This document shows, one piece after another, positions 59,665 to 64,000 of a DNA stretch of 64,000 nucleotides. The stretch is from NCBI GenBank assembly GCA_963737905.1, contig CAVTUQ010000013.1, positions 53,349 to 117,348 of the forward strand, in the 5' to 3' direction. The stretch comes from an uncultured delta proteobacterium (GTDB lineage: Bacteria; Desulfobacterota; Binatia; UBA9968). Numbering within the stretch: the first letter of the stretch is position 1; each line of letters opens with the position of its first letter. Both the position numbers and the translations under genes were made by a program. The notes below the pieces were generated by a model. The model worked only from the letters and a program-made list of their open reading frames with translations, did not search any database and had not been told where the DNA came from.

Positions 59665-60310
59665 CCCAGCCGGACTATCTGTGAGCCTTTCGACACTTTT
59701 GACACATTTGACGATTGTTCGTCAACGGCACGACGCGTGATTTCTAAACAAATGGATCGAATTATCGATGGGGCGAGACATTGTGTGCCTGGTGAGCGCG
59801 AGGATATCTGACGCAAATCTTTTATGACCACCGAATGGAATTGGGATGCGTCTGTCTCAATATTTCCAGCGCCGCCCAAAATTGGGGCCTTACTTGGGTC
59901 TATCGTTTACCAGGTTTACTTGAACTCGGATTCCGCAGTTGAAGGTGAAGCAAAGAGCAAGGCGCAAGCCTTCCGCAGCGACGCAATAGGCCTGTGCCTC
60001 TGAGCCAAGTTGCGAGCAGCGGTGCAGTGAGCGGGGTCCTCAACCGTTGCGAACGGAGTGACGGGTAACAAAAATGACTTTGAAACACTACGGTTCTGTG
60101 CGTTCGCTGCTCCAGGCTCACGCCCCGCTCAGCGTAGATCATAACGTTAACTGCGGAATCCGGGTTGAATGAAGATGAAGACGATGTTACAAGGGAAAAA
60201 TTTAGAGGATGTGGAGGTTGTAATTTCGCTCATCGGCAGGAGCTGTGGGTTGTAATCCCGGTTGCGTCTCAGCGCTTCCCGGCTTCGGTTTCCCCGAGTA
60301 AGCTCCTGCC

Positions 60311-61453
60311 GTGCGTACCACTGCCGAATCCGTAAGAATCGTCCCGGTAAGTGACTCGCGGGACCTGCGCCGGTTCATTCGCGTGCCTTGGTCGGTCTAT
60401 GCCGACGACCCAACATGGGTCCCGCATTTGTTGCTAGAGCGACGCGAGCAGTTTTCTCCCCGCAACCCATACTTCGCGCACGCGCGCTGCTGTTTTTGGC
60501 TTGCCTATCGCGGGACCAGGCCAGTCGGTCGGATCAGCGCCCAGATTGATGAATTACACGAAGAGCGGTATCGGGATGCCACCGGATTTTTCGGCTTCCT
60601 CGAGGCCGAGAATGAGGCGGGGACGTTTCACGGACTGTTGAGTACGGCTGAAGTCTGGCTGCGTGACCAGGGCATGTTGCGGATCCGCGGGCCGTTCAAC
60701 TTTTCCATCAACCAGGAGTGCGGGCTTCTTGTGGACGGTTACGACACGCCCCCAATGATTATGATGGGCCACTCCCGCCCGTACTATGCCGCTCGGCTAA
60801 CAGCCGAGGGATACCAGGGCGTAAAGGACTTGTTGGCCTATCGTCTCTCCACCCATTTCACTCCCCCCGAGTTCATGAAGGCCGTTTTGAACAAAGCCGC
60901 TGGCCATGCGCGGGTCAGGCCGCTGCGCAAATCACAGTTGAATGAGGACCTCGAAATTATCAAGGACATTTTCGAGGATGCCTGGTCCACGAACTGGGGA
61001 TTCATTCCATTCAGCAAGGACGAGGTTCGGCATCTAGGCTACAATTTGCGACTGCTAGTTGATGACGATGCCGTGCAAATTGCGGAGGTGGACGGGGTGC
61101 CGGCCGCGATGATCGTAGCCTTGCCGAACTTAAATGAAGTGATACGAGACCTTCAGGGACGTTTGCTTCCATTTGGCTGGCTCAAGCTCTTGTGGCGGCT
61201 GAAAGTGAAATCTCCGAAAACGGCTCGCGTTGTGCTGATGGGAGTGCGCAAACGTTTTCAACGAAGCCCGCTTGGAGCCGCGCTGGCTTTCCTCCTTATC
61301 GATGCCGTGCGCGGCTATGGAATCAGGCGCGGAGTTCAGGAAGTTGAGCTGTCCTGGATTCTGGAAGATAACATGCCGATGCGGAATATGCTCACGATGG
61401 TCGGAGGCGTCCCGTACAAACGCTACCGTATTTATGAAAAGGCATTCAGATGA
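60311..61453 (+). CDS. YghO-like double-GNAT N-acyltransferase; candidate bacterial ceramide synthase (bCerS-like)
   Basis: FIRVPW.VY.DDP.WVP.L, GRISAQID, GFFGF.E, GPFNFSINQECGLLVDG.DTPP..MM.H..PYY, AWS.NWGF.P, ELSWILEDN..M, YKRYRIYEK. Confidence 0.75.
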   Translation: MRTTAESVRIVPVSDSRDLRRFIRVPWSVYADDPTWVPHLLLERREQFSPRNPYFAHARCCFWLAYRGTRPVGRISAQIDELHEERYRDATGFFGFLEAENEAGTFHGLLSTAEVWLRDQGMLRIRGPFNFSINQECGLLVDGYDTPPMIMMGHSRPYYAARLTAEGYQGVKDLLAYRLSTHFTPPEFMKAVLNKAAGHARVRPLRKSQLNEDLEIIKDIFEDAWSTNWGFIPFSKDEVRHLGYNLRLLVDDDAVQIAEVDGVPAAMIVALPNLNEVIRDLQGRLLPFGWLKLLWRLKVKSPKTARVVLMGVRKRFQRSPLGAALAFLLIDAVRGYGIRRGVQEVELSWILEDNMPMRNMLTMVGGVPYKRYRIYEKAFR

Positions 61454-61524
61454 GTAGCGGACTGCCGTTGTAAGAAAAAAGAGGCTCAACGAGTTACTCA
61501 ATTTGTGAATAAAAGAGAACGCAG

Positions 61525-62265
61525 ATGGATGCTTCCAAGACAGCTGACGTACGTGTCAACGATACTTTTTTAGCACCGCTGGAACGACCGGCGCTGCAAT
61601 GGCTATGCAAACACATGCCTGCCTGGATGACTCCCGACATACTCACTGTGATTGGCTTGATTGGCGGGGTGGTCATGGCGATTGCGTACTGGTTGTGCAA
61701 CGTGAATAAAAATTTTTTATGGATCGTGGATCTTGGCCTTGTGATCAACTGGTTCGGCGATAGTCTCGATGGCTCTTTGGCACGATACCGCGGAATCGAA
61801 CGATTCAAGTACGGCTATTTTGTCGATCATACTGTCGATATCACGACGCAAACCATCGTCCTCCTCGGCCTAGGAGTGTCTCCGTTTGTCCACTTCAATT
61901 TCGCGCTGCTAGCGCTCGTCGGTTATTTGCACCTTGGGATTTTAACGTATATAGACACCGCCGTATCCGGAGTGTACAAAATTTCTTACGGCAAAATCGG
62001 CCCCACAGAAGTTCGCGTGTTCGTCATCGGCCTGAATGCCATATTCTATTTCGCCAGTAATCCGATGATTCATATGGGGAGGGTGAGTATTTTCTCTTTT
62101 GATGCTATCGTGTTGTGTGTTGCCATAGTCTTTTTTCTCCATTTCCTGGGCTTTACCTTGCGGAGGATGATGGAACTTAATGTTCAAGATCCTCCCAAAG
62201 GGAACCCCTTGCAGTCGCAATCTTATCAAGCTGGCATCTCAAGAGAAAGAAGTAGTGTGACATGA
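61525..62265 (+). CDS. CDP-alcohol phosphatidyltransferase family protein
   Basis: TPD.LT..G, DSLDGSLAR...YGYFVDHTVD (DxxDGxxAR...GxxxDxxxD), GPTEVR. Confidence 0.92.
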   Translation: MDASKTADVRVNDTFLAPLERPALQWLCKHMPAWMTPDILTVIGLIGGVVMAIAYWLCNVNKNFLWIVDLGLVINWFGDSLDGSLARYRGIERFKYGYFVDHTVDITTQTIVLLGLGVSPFVHFNFALLALVGYLHLGILTYIDTAVSGVYKISYGKIGPTEVRVFVIGLNAIFYFASNPMIHMGRVSIFSFDAIVLCVAIVFFLHFLGFTLRRMMELNVQDPPKGNPLQSQSYQAGISRERSSVT

Positions 62266-63758
62266 GCGTTTCTAAGATGGGAGTGGCAGGTATCACAAGG
62301 GCCGTTCTTTTGACCGCGAATACGGCCCCTACCAAGGCAACGTATGATGCTGTGTACGGCGGGGAACCCCTGTTGACCCGCGCTCTGGTTGCTCTGTCGA
62401 AGGCAGGGATACGGTCCGTATGGATAATTTGTCATGAGGGAGACCGTGAAAAGATTGCTGCGCTAATCGGGAAGGCACGAACCCGCCTTGCGCTGGATTA
62501 TGATATTTGTCCGATCCGTACCGGTGAGACACTTTCTGAGGTCGTGTCCCGTATCGTCGAACAGTGGGATACGTCTTTTTTGCTGTTCGAAACCAATAAA
62601 GTTGTCCATCCTACATTTTTTGCGCAGATGGCCCAATTTGCCGCATCACCAAAGCCGGTGCTCGTTGTCTATAAACATGTATGGTTGAATGGAGGGAAGG
62701 TCGCTTTCGAGAGTGCATTCCCGGACAAATTCAAAGTGATATTTGCCCACCCGGAGTCCTTTACCAAGATTGCGCTCGATAACAGCGTTTTCCAGAGCAA
62801 CACCTTCGATGTCGGACCTACTCATCCGGTAGAAGTCTCTCCCACCCTCTCCAATGGCATCTTCAGTACCGATGTGGTTGTTTGTCATCGCGTTCATTTG
62901 CAACGCCTTTCATGCAGCAATGTTGCTGATCTGATCCACCACTGGCACAAGCAGCAACTCCTCAGGCTGGGGTTCGTCGAAAATGCTTGGTGGCTGCCGG
63001 TTACTGGAAGAGAATCGCAAGAGGATCGGACTGAATTTTTTTGGCGTATTGCCTTCAAAGAAATTAGTGGGGAATTTTCCAAACTGGTCAACTCCCACCT
63101 CTCCAAACCCTTGACGTTCTTGTTTGTGCGTTTTGGCTTCAGCCCAAACGCCATTAGCATCCTGGAACTCAGCTTATTCCTCGTCTCCTCTGCTTTTCTG
63201 CTCATACCGCAGTACTGGGCAATGTTGGTGTTTGCCGTTGTGTGGCAGTTTTCTGCCGGGGTGTTAGACCGGTGTGATGGTGAGGTCGCACGCATCCGCA
63301 ATTATGAATCGGAAGCCGGAGCACGGTTCGATATGCTCATTGACGACCTCCGCTTTGCGCTTCCGTTTGTATTTTTGACCATCGCGTGTTATCGCGAATC
63401 GCATCGCGATCTGGGGTATCTTGTCGTCGCGGTGGCAACGGCCGCGTGGTATAGCACTGCCGTCGTTTATCACAATCGCTTTTTGCGGCGAGCCGGATAC
63501 GTGAGCGTCCAAACTATGGGCGTCGACTTTTTAAAAACGCAGGCGGAGACCCGTTGGTTCGCTGTGTTTCGGAGAATTCAGCCGTTTACGAAAGGCGACA
63601 TTCGTACGTTTTATATCTTTCTGGCAACCTTCCTGGGCAACAAATCGGTCCTCTTCTGGATGCTGGTTGCCTATGCGTGGCCGTTGGGCGCGTCGTATTT
63701 TTTTACCGTTATAAAATTTCGTCAGCCGTCCGCCAGCGCGCCAGCCAGCATCGCCTGA
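62262..63758 (+). CDS. Fusion of a degenerate nucleotidyltransferase-like domain and a CDP-alcohol phosphotransferase
   Basis: N-term YGGEPLLTRAL.AL.KAGIRSVWII; C-term SPN.IS, LDRCDGEVAR...GARFDMLID. Confidence 0.8.
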   Translation: MSVSKMGVAGITRAVLLTANTAPTKATYDAVYGGEPLLTRALVALSKAGIRSVWIICHEGDREKIAALIGKARTRLALDYDICPIRTGETLSEVVSRIVEQWDTSFLLFETNKVVHPTFFAQMAQFAASPKPVLVVYKHVWLNGGKVAFESAFPDKFKVIFAHPESFTKIALDNSVFQSNTFDVGPTHPVEVSPTLSNGIFSTDVVVCHRVHLQRLSCSNVADLIHHWHKQQLLRLGFVENAWWLPVTGRESQEDRTEFFWRIAFKEISGEFSKLVNSHLSKPLTFLFVRFGFSPNAISILELSLFLVSSAFLLIPQYWAMLVFAVVWQFSAGVLDRCDGEVARIRNYESEAGARFDMLIDDLRFALPFVFLTIACYRESHRDLGYLVVAVATAAWYSTAVVYHNRFLRRAGYVSVQTMGVDFLKTQAETRWFAVFRRIQPFTKGDIRTFYIFLATFLGNKSVLFWMLVAYAWPLGASYFFTVIKFRQPSASAPASIA

Positions 63759-63791
63759 AGCGGCTCTTGTCTGACCGCGACCGTACACACT

Positions 63792-64000
63792 ATGGCCTTG
63801 CTAGACAGACATCGTAGACTGGCACGCCTTCTCCCGCTTGTGGGCAACGTCCCTCCACCGGGCACACGTGCACAGCCTGAGTGTGTTGTGCTAGGCGTAC
63901 GGAAGGGTGTCCCCCCGAGTCCAAAACCGCCGGTCCGTATCTTTGTCGGTACCGAACCCGCCCAGTATCGCGCCGAGCGGGTCTTCTTCTGGTCGATCGA
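63792..64000 (+). CDS. Probable GT-A fold glycosyltransferase, 5' part only (runs off window)
   Basis: Open frame from ATG 63792: ...KPPVRIFVGTEPAQYRAERVFFWSI. Confidence 0.5.
   Translation, partial: MALLDRHRRLARLLPLVGNVPPPGTRAQPECVVLGVRKGVPPSPKPPVRIFVGTEPAQYRAERVFFWSI

Noticed and set aside
60311-61453. dATP pyrophosphohydrolase, a common database label for this family
   Set aside because: No Nudix box; the motifs are GNAT-type and the context is lipid biosynthesis.
1-64000. CRISPR array, rRNA or tRNA genes
   Set aside because: No regularly spaced repeat-spacer array seen; the only T-arm motif noticed (31561-31583) belongs to tmRNA.

Overview
Bacterial sequence of moderate GC. The many TctC/ABC solute-binding paralogues and the tmRNA tag ADNFEYALAA suggest a deltaproteobacterial/Binatota-like genome (inference). 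It looks like an error-prone, probably concatenated assembly: there are homopolymer frameshifts and several abrupt junctions. Contents in order: (1) a tripartite tricarboxylate transporter cluster (5 TctC plus a TctA-TctB fusion) and ABC parts; (2) a sigma-54-wired stress module (SPW protein, SOD, USP, stand-alone activator, four -24/-12 promoters); (3) a compatible-solute locus (Ggs/Mgs-like GT2, USP-GpgS fusion, phosphatase, sugar ABC transporter, treY); (4) tmRNA followed by an accessory region (two PIN toxin-antitoxin pairs, AEP-primase/SF2 helicase, two ISCR/IS91 3' ends bracketing two HEPN-like genes, an NYN protein); (5) an attC-like site and an IS256 remnant; (6) an aromatic meta-cleavage operon; (7) at the right end, a candidate sphingolipid gene cluster. 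That cluster is the most interesting item: a bCerS-like GNAT acyltransferase, a eukaryote-like DEGS-type sphingolipid desaturase, two CDP-alcohol phosphotransferases, an LpxL-like acyltransferase, DUF3108 and a truncated glycosyltransferase. All family calls come from motif recognition by eye; no searches were run.
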